In this document: piece after piece, positions 30,504 to 41,079 of the stretch
Layout of the letters: each line of letters begins with the position of its first letter
How positions within the stretch are numbered: the stretch's first letter is position 1
From: Candidatus Poribacteria bacterium
Lineage (GTDB): Bacteria; Poribacteria; WGA-4E; PCPOR2b
Assembly: GCA_965218095.1 (NCBI GenBank)
Contig: OZ244587.1
Span: 6,144,001 to 6,208,000, forward strand
Direction of reading: 5' to 3'
Length of the DNA stretch: 64,000 nucleotides
Program-made: the position numbers and the translations under genes
The notes under the pieces: generated by a model
The model's input: the letters and a program-made list of their open reading frames with translations, nothing else
What the model was told of the DNA's origin: nothing
The model's database searches: none

Positions 30504-32663
30504 TTATGTCCCTTCCAATACGATGCTAGCAATCGATTCCGAGTAAGAATTGATACGGCGCAGGTTATCTATCAGATCCAAGTGGATCTGGCTGCTATCG
30601 ATTGAGGCTTGGAATTCACGGCGCAGGCGATCGTAGTGTGTGCGCCGATAGACCTGTTCCAGTTGAACAAGCCCCGGTTTGGTGATGGAAACTGTTCGGG
30701 CGAGCGCCACGTCATCGTTTTCAAACGCCTTGATCGCATTATCATAACTCTCTAGAACCCGTTGATGATACGCAACGATTTCTTCTCTCCCCTCCTCTGA
30801 AAACACGATATCTCCTTCCGCTTTCTTGATAAGAAGCGTGACCAGATTTTTCTCAATAACATCACCGATATGTTCCAATTCAGTGGTGACATACAGCAGT
30901 TGAACAGCATGTTCGGACTGTTGCAAGCTCAAGTTGGCACGGGTGATTTGTGTGAGGTATTCCGCTGTTTGGCGTTGGAGATAATCGACCTGGTTGTCCT
31001 GTTGCAAGATGTCATTAGCAGCCTTCGTGTCGTTGGCAATAAAGGCGGGCATGATGTCAGCCAACATTCCTCGAACCACCCTGGCCATTCTCAGAATCTC
31101 CCGCCGTGCTCGTTCAATCGCAAAAACAGGCGTAGAAAGCAGTTCTGTATTTAGATGTTGGGTTGACCATACGGGTTGAGTTGCCGCTTCCACGGCAGTC
31201 TCCCCCTTATCCGGCATTATCCATTCCACAAAACGCGCCATCAACGGCACCAATGGAAAGAAGATAATCGTCAACGCCGCGTTGAATGCAGTGTGCGTGT
31301 TCGCAATCTGTCTCGGGACGACCGCTGCATTGGCTGCCATCCCAGTAAGTCCGGCGGGCGCCTCCGGCGAAATCAGCCGAACCAGTGAAGCAAGCGGACC
31401 AATGAGCCATACAAAAATTAAAACACCTCCCACTTTGAAAAATGTATGCGCCGCGGCAACCTGCCTTGCTTCGCAGGGAGCCCCAAGTGAGGCAAGGATT
31501 GGGGTAATACAGGTGCCAATGTTTGCGCCGAAGAGTAACGGAATACTCGCCTCCAGACTCAACAAGCCTTGCTGCGCCAGAGCAATCAGGATGCCTGTAA
31601 ATGCGCTGCTTGATTGGATTAACGCAGTGAACGCTGCACCAACCAGAATGCCTAAGAGCGGGTTTTTGAGCGTGAGTAAAAAGTCGATGAACGGCTGGTA
31701 GGATCGGAAGGGATACATGGCTTCTGACATGATATAAATCCCAAAGAACACCAGGCCAAATCCCAACAACGCCTCCCCTGCTGCGCGGTAAACATCTGTT
31801 TTTGATACAAAGAGAATGATAAAACCGACAGCGACAATCAGCAGCGCGTAATGCGTGAGCTTGAATGCAATTAATTGAGCCGTGACTGTTGTCCCGATGT
31901 CCGCACCAAGAATCACGCCGAGCGATTGGGAGAGCGACATCAGTCGGGCGTTCACAAAGCCAACAAGCATGACAGTGGTTGCACTGCTGGATTGAATCAC
32001 TATCGTGACAAATACACCAACAAGCACACCGATAATTCGCACATTTGTCAACGCCCCCAAAATGCCACGCATCTGGTCACCTGCGGCTTTTTTCATGCCA
32101 TTGCTCATTATCTCCATGCCGTAGAGGAAAATCGCCAATCCACCGAGCAATCCGAAGGTTAAAAAGATTAACCAACTCGACGGTTTCGCATCCACCTCAA
32201 AAGTCACAGGTGAGTCCACTGTGTCAGTGGTTATCGCCGTCACAACATAATCCCCGGCTTTAGAACCCAAATGCAACTTCGTTCTCGCAACCCCGTTTGC
32301 ACCTGTGAGCGCAATGACTGGATCTACCTTTGCGCGTTTTGCCTTAGCGGGTTGGCTGACCAGCGCAAAATGGACTTTGACCCCTTCAAGGCGGTTGCCT
32401 GTGGCTCCTTTGACGACAACAGACAGATCTTGTTCTATCCAATTATCGACGATGCCACTCTGCTTGTGTACGGAAATATCCCGACCGGAAACATCTTTTA
32501 ATCGCTCAACCGTTACCCCTCCGTCAATCAGGGAGGAATCCTGAGCCGATGAAAAGATGGCGATCATCCCATAAAAGGCGAAGCAGGTGAAGATAAGGGA
32601 TACAATCTGTTGGTTGTGTGGGAGATTGATTGCAGATCTGAAATTTATCCGATTATTCGTCAT
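30504..32663 (-). CDS. Na+/Pi cotransporter (two QSSSA repeats + PhoU domains) with N-terminal Ig-like domain
   Basis: IQSSSATT, GADIGTT, IQSSSAFT, GANIGT, ELEHIGD; N-terminal GVKVHF...TGANGVARTKLHLG. Confidence 0.9.
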   Translation of the reverse strand: MTNNRINFRSAINLPHNQQIVSLIFTCFAFYGMIAIFSSAQDSSLIDGGVTVERLKDVSGRDISVHKQSGIVDNWIEQDLSVVVKGATGNRLEGVKVHFALVSQPAKAKRAKVDPVIALTGANGVARTKLHLGSKAGDYVVTAITTDTVDSPVTFEVDAKPSSWLIFLTFGLLGGLAIFLYGMEIMSNGMKKAAGDQMRGILGALTNVRIIGVLVGVFVTIVIQSSSATTVMLVGFVNARLMSLSQSLGVILGADIGTTVTAQLIAFKLTHYALLIVAVGFIILFVSKTDVYRAAGEALLGFGLVFFGIYIMSEAMYPFRSYQPFIDFLLTLKNPLLGILVGAAFTALIQSSSAFTGILIALAQQGLLSLEASIPLLFGANIGTCITPILASLGAPCEARQVAAAHTFFKVGGVLIFVWLIGPLASLVRLISPEAPAGLTGMAANAAVVPRQIANTHTAFNAALTIIFFPLVPLMARFVEWIMPDKGETAVEAATQPVWSTQHLNTELLSTPVFAIERARREILRMARVVRGMLADIMPAFIANDTKAANDILQQDNQVDYLQRQTAEYLTQITRANLSLQQSEHAVQLLYVTTELEHIGDVIEKNLVTLLIKKAEGDIVFSEEGREEIVAYHQRVLESYDNAIKAFENDDVALARTVSITKPGLVQLEQVYRRTHYDRLRREFQASIDSSQIHLDLIDNLRRINSYSESIASIVLEGT

Positions 32664-32784
32664 CTTCTTTCGACTTTGGTTCGCGGACAACACGCATCGG
32701 GCATGTATACTACGATAGGTCATAACTTACATCACTACCATACGGAAGCGTTATTTGTGGCCGTCCGCAGTATAATACCCGGAC

Positions 32785-33775
32785 CTACCCTCCGAAACTG
32801 CTGAAGGCCGTTTTGATGATGAAGAAGAAGACAATCGCCATTGCGGATCCTACAGGCAATGTCACAACCCACGAAGTGATAATATCACGGATAACACGCG
32901 GATTCAAGCTAGCTATTCCTCTCGCAAATCCAACGCCCATCACCGCACCAACAAACGTATGGGTTGTCGAGATGGGCCATCCGAATTTTGAGGCGAAGAC
33001 AATGGTTGTTGCAGCTGCTAACTCTGCTGCAAAGCCACGGGATGGCGTTAGCTCAGTGATTCTTCTTCCAATTGTCTCGATAACACGCCAACCCCAGGTC
33101 GCTAAACCGATTACGATTCCCGCACCACCGACCGCTAAGATCCAAGGAGGGACGGCGGTTTTCGCTGTAAGCGCTTCAGCGCCTCCGCTCGCAAGTGAGA
33201 CTACCGCAGCAACTGGCCCAACCGAGTTCGCTACGTCATTGGCGCCGTGGGCAAAAGCAACGAAGCAGGCGCTCAAGATCTGGAGATAACCGAATACCTG
33301 CTCAACAAAGCGAAAATCTTGGCGCGTGTGTATTTGGGCTTTGCTTGGTCCAGCCTCTTTCCCTAAGACGTCCAGATTTTTCTGAATACTCTCAATGTTC
33401 CCTTCAACTTCCTTCGTCGCCATCGAACGAATCCGTCGGAGGTATCTCACCATCGCCCTTAGATCCATGGACATCGCAGCGAGAGAAAAGTCAGTCCCTT
33501 CCTGGCTCACTGATGGGACCTGCACGCGCCTTATGAGGTATCCCCTGATCACGGAAGCAACCAGGCCGACGCCGGCGGCATACATCAATGCGTGTGAGAA
33601 ACTCAGATCGAGTTTCAGGTTCTTGAGCCCCTTAAATAGTGTCACAAGGGTCAAAATCCCAAAAACGAAGAAAATAAACCCCGGCGCCCAACGTTTCGTG
33701 GCTTGGACGGGATTTGGCACGTTAATCATCACACGGCGAATAATCGTAAAGATGACAAAGGCGGTTATTCCACTT
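32785..33775 (-). pseudogene. PiT inorganic phosphate transporter, 5'-truncated
   Basis: Only the second HGANDVAN motif and PISTTH; homology ends near 33775 with no N-terminal half. Confidence 0.8.
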
Positions 33776-33890
33776 TCAGGTTTGGTATCGCCTTACGCTT
33801 TATGAGTTTTATGACTGTTGAGATGAGGATTTCATCTCGGTCTCGTGTGTTGATCATTTGCGCGACTTTCCCGTTGTACTTTTTAACATT

Positions 33891-34733
33891 TTAATTGCTG
33901 AGGTCTGCAATCTCCTCTGGAGAAAGTCCTGTCACCTCGGCGATGAGCGCCACATCAACGCCACGCGCCAACATGGAACGCGCGATCTCTATCTCCCTCG
34001 TCTTGCGCCCTTGCTCAAGTCCCTGCCCAAGGACTTCCTGGTATCCATCCTCAAAGGATTCTCGAAAGTAGCGTTCCACAACGGCTTCATCCTTGATTCG
34101 CACCAGTTCCTGTGGTGTGACATTATCTCTCTTAATTTCTTCAATCACTTGCTGAAAGACAGGTGGAGTATATTGGGTCTCATCCACCCGCTCATCCAGC
34201 GAGTCATCAATCAGCTCCAGCTATGCCATGACGTTTTCGGGCGTCCGCTCATTCCGGATCCGGGGATTTAAGAAGACCAACCGGTGCGGATAAACGCCCA
34301 ACGGTTGGTTGAACTCATTGAATGCTTCCAGTTGACTGCTGGCGACGCTGAAACGAACACCGGGCTCATTACGAGGACGCGAGGCGCCCATTACGACAAC
34401 CACTGTATAAACCGCTTTGGGAAAACGGTAATCCCGATGACTTTTGACTTGTTGAGTGATACCCATGAGGTGATAGTACATAAAACGATCAAAGAAGTCC
34501 ACCTCTTGCACATGCTGAATCTCGACAATGATCCGATTTTCGAGGTCTTCAGCAAATAGGTCGTACTCAATATCGACATAGCCAAACTGCTCTGGATACC
34601 GGTACCCTTGAATGACCCCATCTACATGGATAGAAATTCCCAAGACGTCGTGGACAAATTGACGAAACACTTCAGGTTGGCTAAAGGCTTTCTTGAAAAT
34701 CACATCGAATCTTAATGAGGCAACATCGACCAT
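33891..34733 (-). pseudogene. Rpn/PD-(D/E)XK nuclease-transposase-like protein with in-frame TAG (34221-34223)
   Basis: DVIFKKAF, YDLFAED, IIVEIQ; ...NVMA*LELID... in frame to EIARSML...VTGLS tail. Confidence 0.85.
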
Positions 34734-34787
34734 GTTTAATGCCTCCTTTTAGTGTTTTGGTTTTGTAGCGTCTATCCTGATTGAGAT

Positions 34788-35867
34788 TTACAACGTTTTC
34801 GCGCGTTGACGGAGAAGCCCATCCACTAATACCAGCGCAACCATCGCTTCGACAATCGCAGGCGCACGGGGCAAAACGCACGGATCGTGTCGTCCATGCG
34901 CCGATAGAGTGACTTCATTGCCGTAAATATCCACTGTTTCCTGCTCCTTTCGAATCGTCGCCGTTGGCTTGAAAGCGACTTGAAACAGGATATTTTCGCC
35001 GGTTGAGATGCCTCCCTGGGTCCCGCCGGAGTTGTTCGTCCGCGTGCGGATACGCCCGCCATCGTTGTAAAATGGGTCGTTGTGCTGCGATCCGGTACCC
35101 GTCACGCCGCCAAAGCCTGACCCGATCTGAAACCCCATCGTCGCGGGGAGGGACATCATCGCCTTCGCCAAATCTGCCTTGAGTTTGTCAAACACCGGTT
35201 CGCCGAGCCCAACCGGTACGTTCCGGGAGACCGATTCGATGATCCCGCCGAGTGAATCGCCATTTCGCCGTGTCTGTTCGATCAGTTCTTCCATCTGTTC
35301 ACTGGCTCTGGCATCCGGACATCGCACGAGGCTGGACTCAATCTCGTCGAGCGTCACGGTATCGGAATCGACCTCAGCGATGATCGTGTGGATCTGCTTG
35401 ACGTAGGCAAGGATCTCTGTGCCACACTGCTCGCGCAAGATCTGCTTCGCAATTGCGCCCGCCGCCACCCGCCCAATCGTTTCGCGGGCACTCGCCCGAC
35501 CACCCCCTTGCCAATTACGGATACCGTACTTCTGCTGGTAGGTGAAGTCGGCGTGTGACGGGCGATAAACGTTCTTGAGGTGTTCGTAGGCGGAGGGTTT
35601 TGCGTCCTTGTTCCGTACTAACATTGAGATTGGCGTCCCAAGTGTCTTTCCCTCGAAAACGCCGGACAAAATCTCCACCTGATCATCTTCTTTACGTTGC
35701 GTTGTGAGACGGCTCTGCCCCGGGTGCCGCCGATTCAGTTCAGCCTGAATCGAGCCGATATCAATGTTGAGTCGTGGTGGGCATCCATCAATCACGACGC
35801 CGATTGCCACACCGTGTGATTCGCCCCATGTTGTAATCCGAAAGAGATGACCAAAGGTATTTCCCAT
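34788..35867 (-). CDS. aroC: Chorismate synthase
   Basis: [36 protein letters not shown]. Confidence 0.98.
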   Translation of the reverse strand: MGNTFGHLFRITTWGESHGVAIGVVIDGCPPRLNIDIGSIQAELNRRHPGQSRLTTQRKEDDQVEILSGVFEGKTLGTPISMLVRNKDAKPSAYEHLKNVYRPSHADFTYQQKYGIRNWQGGGRASARETIGRVAAGAIAKQILREQCGTEILAYVKQIHTIIAEVDSDTVTLDEIESSLVRCPDARASEQMEELIEQTRRNGDSLGGIIESVSRNVPVGLGEPVFDKLKADLAKAMMSLPATMGFQIGSGFGGVTGTGSQHNDPFYNDGGRIRTRTNNSGGTQGGISTGENILFQVAFKPTATIRKEQETVDIYGNEVTLSAHGRHDPCVLPRAPAIVEAMVALVLVDGLLRQRAKTL

Positions 35868-35989
35868 TGTGCTGCTCCCAAGCTCGGTGATTCATTTCGT
35901 AAGTCCAAACCCTATATGAAATGACCACTCAGTTTCGCATCGCGTATCGTCCAAAATCCCTCTTGACAAATCCGTGAAGATCTATTACC

Positions 35990-36029
35990 CTACTCCCATT
36001 TGAGGCTTACTACTCCCATTTGAGGCTTA
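35990..36029. repeat. Perfect 20-bp tandem duplication
   Basis: ctactcccatttgaggctta x2. Confidence 0.95.
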
Positions 36030-36155
36030 AAGGAATCGATGTGGATACCTAGCAAATATAGCACATCCTTCCCTGAATATCAACTGAAAAGTTTGCGTCA
36101 AAGCGGCAAAGGCATTGCGCACGAAATCGGAGGCAATAATTGAATTGGTCTGGAG

Positions 36156-36839
36156 GTGTCAAGCATGATTAAAGAATTCTTCAAGCGGTTGGACATTCGC
36201 CTGATCGCAATTTTCATCCTCATCGTCTTTTTGTGGAATACGCCCGTCGTTTATCCGCTCAAAATCTTCGTGGTCTTTATGCACGAACTGAGCCACGGCC
36301 TTGCGGCAATCGTAACAGGGGGCCGGATCAAAAAGATTGTCGTCGTTTCCCAACAAGGTGGGCACACGATCACGATTGGGGGTTCGCGTTTCTGGACACT
36401 CACCGCCGGTTACCTTGGAAGTCTCGTGTGGGGTGGACTCATTCTGGTTCTCGCGGCACGGACGCACCTCGACAAATTTCTCAGCACAGTTATTGGGGCA
36501 GGCATGATCCTTATTTCGATTTTCTATCTGCGAAACCCCTTTGGTTTTATGTTCGGGATTGCGTTTGGTGGGGGACTCGTGGTTGCAGGCAGGTTTCTTC
36601 CTGAGTCAGTCAACGATTGGATTCTGCGAGTGATCGGCTTGACCAGTTGTCTCTATGCGATCCTCGACATCAAGAGCGACGTTTTAGACCGTGCCTATCT
36701 TCGCTCCGACGCCCGTATGCTCGCTGAGTTGATGCACACTCCAACCGTTGTGTGGGGCGTTTTGTGGATGGCCATCGCGATCATTGGGACAATCTGCTTT
36801 CTCTACATTGCGGGAAAAGACAAGGAAGATCCGGATTAA
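36156..36839 (+). CDS. Peptidase M50B-like membrane metalloprotease
   Basis: HELSH, AGYLG, SDA motif, several TM helices. Confidence 0.88.
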   Translation: MSSMIKEFFKRLDIRLIAIFILIVFLWNTPVVYPLKIFVVFMHELSHGLAAIVTGGRIKKIVVVSQQGGHTITIGGSRFWTLTAGYLGSLVWGGLILVLAARTHLDKFLSTVIGAGMILISIFYLRNPFGFMFGIAFGGGLVVAGRFLPESVNDWILRVIGLTSCLYAILDIKSDVLDRAYLRSDARMLAELMHTPTVVWGVLWMAIAIIGTICFLYIAGKDKEDPD

Positions 36840-36958
36840 CTGATGTAAAAGCGTGATGCGTAAAACCCCGATGGATTGGGGCAGAGCCTAGTCTTACGTG
36901 GCGGATTCCCAATCTCTGATCGGGACTCTCAGAACGGAGCTGTGAAACGTAACGGAGA

Positions 36959-37153
36959 TTGAATCTTGAAACAGTTACGTGGCAAACCGCTAAAGATTTC
37001 CTCAAGCAGGTTGAGCGTCCCGAAATAGAGCTCATCTTTATCCTGCGAGATGTGGAGGATGCGGTCAAAGTCAGGTCTGCGTTTCGGATTGCAGATGCAT
37101 GTAGTGTCCGTCAATGGATTTTGACGGGAATTAGCACGCGTCCATCCCATTGA
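36959..37153 (+). pseudogene. SpoU/TrmH methyltransferase N-terminal fragment
   Basis: FILRDVEDAVKVRSAFRIADAC resembles SpoU motif 1; only 64 aa. Confidence 0.55.
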
Positions 37154-37156
37154 TTA

Positions 37157-38239
37157 TCAAAAGTCCACGAACTTCTCGCTTGTGGCATGCTCCCCATTCG
37201 CGCTAAACACCACAATATCCCGATGGATTTTATCAGAAATCCACATACTCAAGTCAACATCGGCGAAGCGTTGGCGAAACCCATGGTTCCGAATGAGACT
37301 CAGAACGGTCTCGCGTGGAAGTGTGTACAAATTATAAGCTATTACAATTGTGCTGCTGGCTTTGAGCAGGTGTTTCCAGCTTGGCAGAGCGGCATCGAGT
37401 AGCCCATCATAGTCGATTGGCGTCAGCTTTTCAGTCCGACTTCCGGCGCGAACACCGTAAGGGAAATCCGTGATTAAGCTATCAAACTGTTGATCCGGGA
37501 GGTATTGGTGCGCCTTTCGCGTATCACCGTTAATGATCTGATACTGGTTTTGCGTTGAGCCCTGTGTCACGAAAAGGCGGTGATTTCCTTCGAGGGATTC
37601 CTCAAAAGACACCTCAAGGCGCTGCAAGAGTTTCCGAAGATTTTCCGCGCTCCGCTCCGAAGCTGTCGGAGAAATCTCCAGCGTCGCTCCATCAATTCCC
37701 CTTAGCACGCACTCGAAAAGGGCTTGTCCATACCCTCCCATTGGATCCAACACCCGACCGATGGGATGCCCGTTATAACTCAAGTTGATCATCGCACGGA
37801 TTAGGTACGGCGACTGCCTCGCTGGAGATTGGTAATCAAATGCCTGCGGAGCGATTGTGGAAACCCAGTCTTTATCAAGCGTGAGAACCGGCTGATGCGA
37901 TGCTGATGCGATAAAGGCTTGGAATGCGTCGTAATCCTTCCGTAGCGTACCTGCTGTCGTCTTGCGTCGATCGGCGGACCAATCCTCCCCATCCCTCCGC
38001 TCCAGTTTGTTGACCTGTGTCAGAAGGGTTATCCACTGACACATCCCGGTTTCTTCAGGCGTCAATTCGCCTGCATGCCAAACAATACTGCCCGGCGGGT
38101 AGATTTCTGGTGTCGCTGCCTCTACCACACGCGGTAACAGGTTCACAATTTCGGTTTCGGACAATCGTCCGATGATGCCCCGCTGACCGCTGACCTGCTT
38201 GTATTGGAAGTAGTAAACTGAGATAGAATCTACGGGCAT
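37157..38239 (-). CDS. TRM11-like SAM-dependent methyltransferase
   Basis: VLDPMGGYG, TDFPYG. Confidence 0.75.
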   Translation of the reverse strand: MPVDSISVYYFQYKQVSGQRGIIGRLSETEIVNLLPRVVEAATPEIYPPGSIVWHAGELTPEETGMCQWITLLTQVNKLERRDGEDWSADRRKTTAGTLRKDYDAFQAFIASASHQPVLTLDKDWVSTIAPQAFDYQSPARQSPYLIRAMINLSYNGHPIGRVLDPMGGYGQALFECVLRGIDGATLEISPTASERSAENLRKLLQRLEVSFEESLEGNHRLFVTQGSTQNQYQIINGDTRKAHQYLPDQQFDSLITDFPYGVRAGSRTEKLTPIDYDGLLDAALPSWKHLLKASSTIVIAYNLYTLPRETVLSLIRNHGFRQRFADVDLSMWISDKIHRDIVVFSANGEHATSEKFVDF

Positions 38240-38464
38240 TCCTATTCCTCACTTATCTTTCTCACTTTAGAACCGCGGATCCGGTAGCATCCCGCGGATT
38301 TTTGTAACTGTCCAAGTGATGCTCCACTTTCCCCGCCAAGGGAAATTGGCATGACTCATCACCCGACGCGGCAAAAAAGGGTTGACATAAACCAAAGACG
38401 CATATTAGAGTATAGGGCAATCGCGACTTTGATTTGGACCTTTATCGTTAGGGAGAATTTATAG

Positions 38465-38827
38465 ATGCGTCAATCCGTCGTTTGGATCTCTGTTATACTC
38501 GTGATCGGTTTGATAGTAATTATAACCGCTGTACTCGTGAAGATGCCACAAGCGACTGTGAAAACTTTTCCGGCGGATAATGGCCCCAACTTCATCAGCG
38601 TTTCTAGCTACTCGACCGAAATGCAGGAATACTATAAGATCTTTGAACGAAAATGTAGTCGCTGCCACACCCTTGCCCGCCCAATTAACTCAGAATTCGT
38701 CGGGGAGGCGTGGCGAAAATATGTCTACAAAATGATGAGAAAACCGGGGTCGGGATTGACGCCGAAAACTGCAGTACCGATTATCGAGTTTCTGATTTAC
38801 GATTCTCAAGTGCGGAAAAAAGAGTAA
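38465..38827 (+). CDS. Membrane-anchored monoheme c-type cytochrome
   Basis: N-terminal TM helix, CSRCH, KMMRKPG distal Met; TTGACA-18-TAGAGT upstream at 38382. Confidence 0.8.
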   Translation: MRQSVVWISVILVIGLIVIITAVLVKMPQATVKTFPADNGPNFISVSSYSTEMQEYYKIFERKCSRCHTLARPINSEFVGEAWRKYVYKMMRKPGSGLTPKTAVPIIEFLIYDSQVRKKE

Positions 38828-38862
38828 TCAACGAATCGTTGCAATTATTTGAGGGGACTCCG

Positions 38863-39708
38863 ATGCAGGAAAGTATAATCACAAAACCGGACAAAATGGA
38901 ATGGGTGACCATCTCCGCCGGCGAATTCATCATGGGGTCAAGCAAAGAGCAGATCCGCCGCGTCAAAGGGATCGACCCTGAGTTTTCCGATGAATGGCTG
39001 GAGCGCGAGCAGCCGCAGCGAAAGATCTATCTTTCCGAGTATACGATTGCGAAATATACCATCACCAATCGGCAGTTCAAGGCGTTTGTCGATGAGTCCG
39101 GTTATCAGACAGAGCGCGAATTGGATGGACTTGGCAAATCGATCTGGTACAAATTGCGAGAGGCCCCGCTCGAGGAAAGACTCGACCACCCCGTTGTGTG
39201 CGTAACTCGCAAGGACGCCCTTGCCTACTGCGAATGGTTCAGTGAAAAAACGGGCATTCAGATCGGCTTGCCGACCGAAGCACAGTGGGAGAAAGCGGCG
39301 CGAGGCAGCGACGGACGTCTCTGGCCGTGGGGCGATGAATTTGATGAAATGAAGTGCAACATTGCGGGAAAGGGAACGACGGCTGTCGGGAACTACCCCC
39401 AAGGTGCGTCCCCTTATGGCGTCATGGATTGTGCTGGCAACATTTGGGAATGGTGCGATGACTGGTTTGCGACGGACTACTATGATTATGCTCCCGTCCG
39501 AGATCCACGGGGACCAGATAGCGGTGAATATTACGTCGTCCGCGGCGGTTCGTGGTATCGCGGTAGACGGAGCGCATGCAGCGTCCGTGCTGCCGCTCGT
39601 TTTCGTCATTACATTGCTTGCTATACCTTTGGCTTTCGCGTGGTAGCGTATAATTGGAAAAACCAACAAGACAAGGTGAAACATGGTCTCCTGAACAACT
39701 GGCTGTGA
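38863..39708 (+). CDS. FGE-sulfatase (SUMF1/CLec fold) domain protein
   Basis: GEFIMGS, HPVV, LPTEAQWEKAARG, GNIWEW, RGGSW, GFR. Confidence 0.92.
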   Translation: MQESIITKPDKMEWVTISAGEFIMGSSKEQIRRVKGIDPEFSDEWLEREQPQRKIYLSEYTIAKYTITNRQFKAFVDESGYQTERELDGLGKSIWYKLREAPLEERLDHPVVCVTRKDALAYCEWFSEKTGIQIGLPTEAQWEKAARGSDGRLWPWGDEFDEMKCNIAGKGTTAVGNYPQGASPYGVMDCAGNIWEWCDDWFATDYYDYAPVRDPRGPDSGEYYVVRGGSWYRGRRSACSVRAAARFRHYIACYTFGFRVVAYNWKNQQDKVKHGLLNNWL

Positions 39709-39961
39709 TGTTGCATGTTCCCGTGTGGAAAATCCATCAAGCAATCGAAAATGGGCAACTGATGGCTGAAGAAGTTGGAAATACTTACGCGATCTCCCAA
39801 GAAGCAATCGCGTAACCTTTAAGGCGGGGCAATCCTTTCTTAAGATAATCCGACAAAGCGTAAGAAAGCATTGACATACTGCCAAAAATATAGCGAACAG
39901 GCAGTCCATTTCCCTGTCGGTAAAACACTCGAAACGTTAACCATAATTTTAGGAGGCACCA

Positions 39962-41038
39962 ATGGATGGACAAACCGACAAAATCAGGGTTCAATCTGAA
40001 ACGTTGCGACAATTTGCCAGCATGCTTTACCAGCGAGTTAGTGTCCCCAAAGCGGATGCCGACGCTGTCGCTCGGATGCAGGTTGAAACGGACGAGCGAG
40101 GTGTTTATTCACATGGCACCCGTGCACTGCCCGGGTACGTTCGCGGCATCCGCAACGGAGATATCAATCCCACGCCGAACATCTAGGCGCTAACTGAGGC
40201 GCCAAGCACAGCCCTGCTCAATGTCGATAACAGCCTTGGGCATGTTTCGAGCATTCGCGCCATGCAGTTGGCTATCGAGAAGGCACACGCCACCGGTATC
40301 GCAGCCGTAACTGTCCGCAACAGCAACCACTACGGTGCATCGGCGTGCTTCACCATGATGGCATTGTCAGAGGGGATGATCGGATTCAATACGACCAAGA
40401 CGGGTAGCGCAAGCATGGCAACGTATGGCGGCACTGAAGGTGTACTAGGTAATCACCCGCTGGCCTATGCGATTCCCACCAAAGAGGAGCCACCGATCGT
40501 GCTGGATATGGCGTGTGGGTGGGCAGCGTGGGGACATGTTGGCACGTATGCAATGGAAGGGAAACAACTCCCCCCCGGTTGGGTGCTGACAGCGGATGGT
40601 AAACCAACGCAAGACCTGCGTCAGGCGAAAGTCATGCTGCCCATTGGTGGACCGAAGGGACATGGATTGGCAATCGTGTCAAGCATACTTGACGGCGCGT
40701 TGACCGGAGGCCCTGCTGCTTGCAATCGGACACCGGACACACCGCCAGAGCTGGCGAGGCGTGGGCATTTCTTTTACACAATCAAGGTGAGCAATTTCTG
40801 CCCGCTAGACGAATTTACGGCAATTCTAGACGAATTTACGGCAATCGTTGATTAGGAAATCCGCACCATTTGCAACTCGAAACGCGCTGAAGGTGTTGAT
40901 CGCATCTACCTCCCTGGCGAGATTGAGTGGTTGAACCAGCAGGAGGCGCTGCGTCACGGCATCCCACTGCATCGGCAACACCTGGACTCGCTTGCGGTGC
41001 TTGCGGGCGAATTGGGGGTCGAGGTCTTTTGGGAGTAA
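39962..41038 (+). pseudogene. Ldh_2 (ComC/AllD-like) oxidoreductase with two in-frame TAGs and a 21-bp duplication
   Basis: RGVYSHG, SNHYG, GNHPLA, GGPKG, IYLPGE in one frame; TAG at 40184 and 40853. Confidence 0.88.
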
Positions 41039-41079
41039 GGTTACTTAAGAACTGACGGAGCAAGTTTGGAGGAAACACA

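Noticed and set aside
39530-39650. FGE-sulfatase C-terminus as a diversity-generating retroelement variable region
   Set aside because: No adenine-variant template repeat or reverse transcriptase seen in the window; a remote one cannot be excluded.
28135-40855. Genome-wide TAG reassignment
   Set aside because: rpmA, rnhC, peroxiredoxin and the ABC exporter end normally at TAG.
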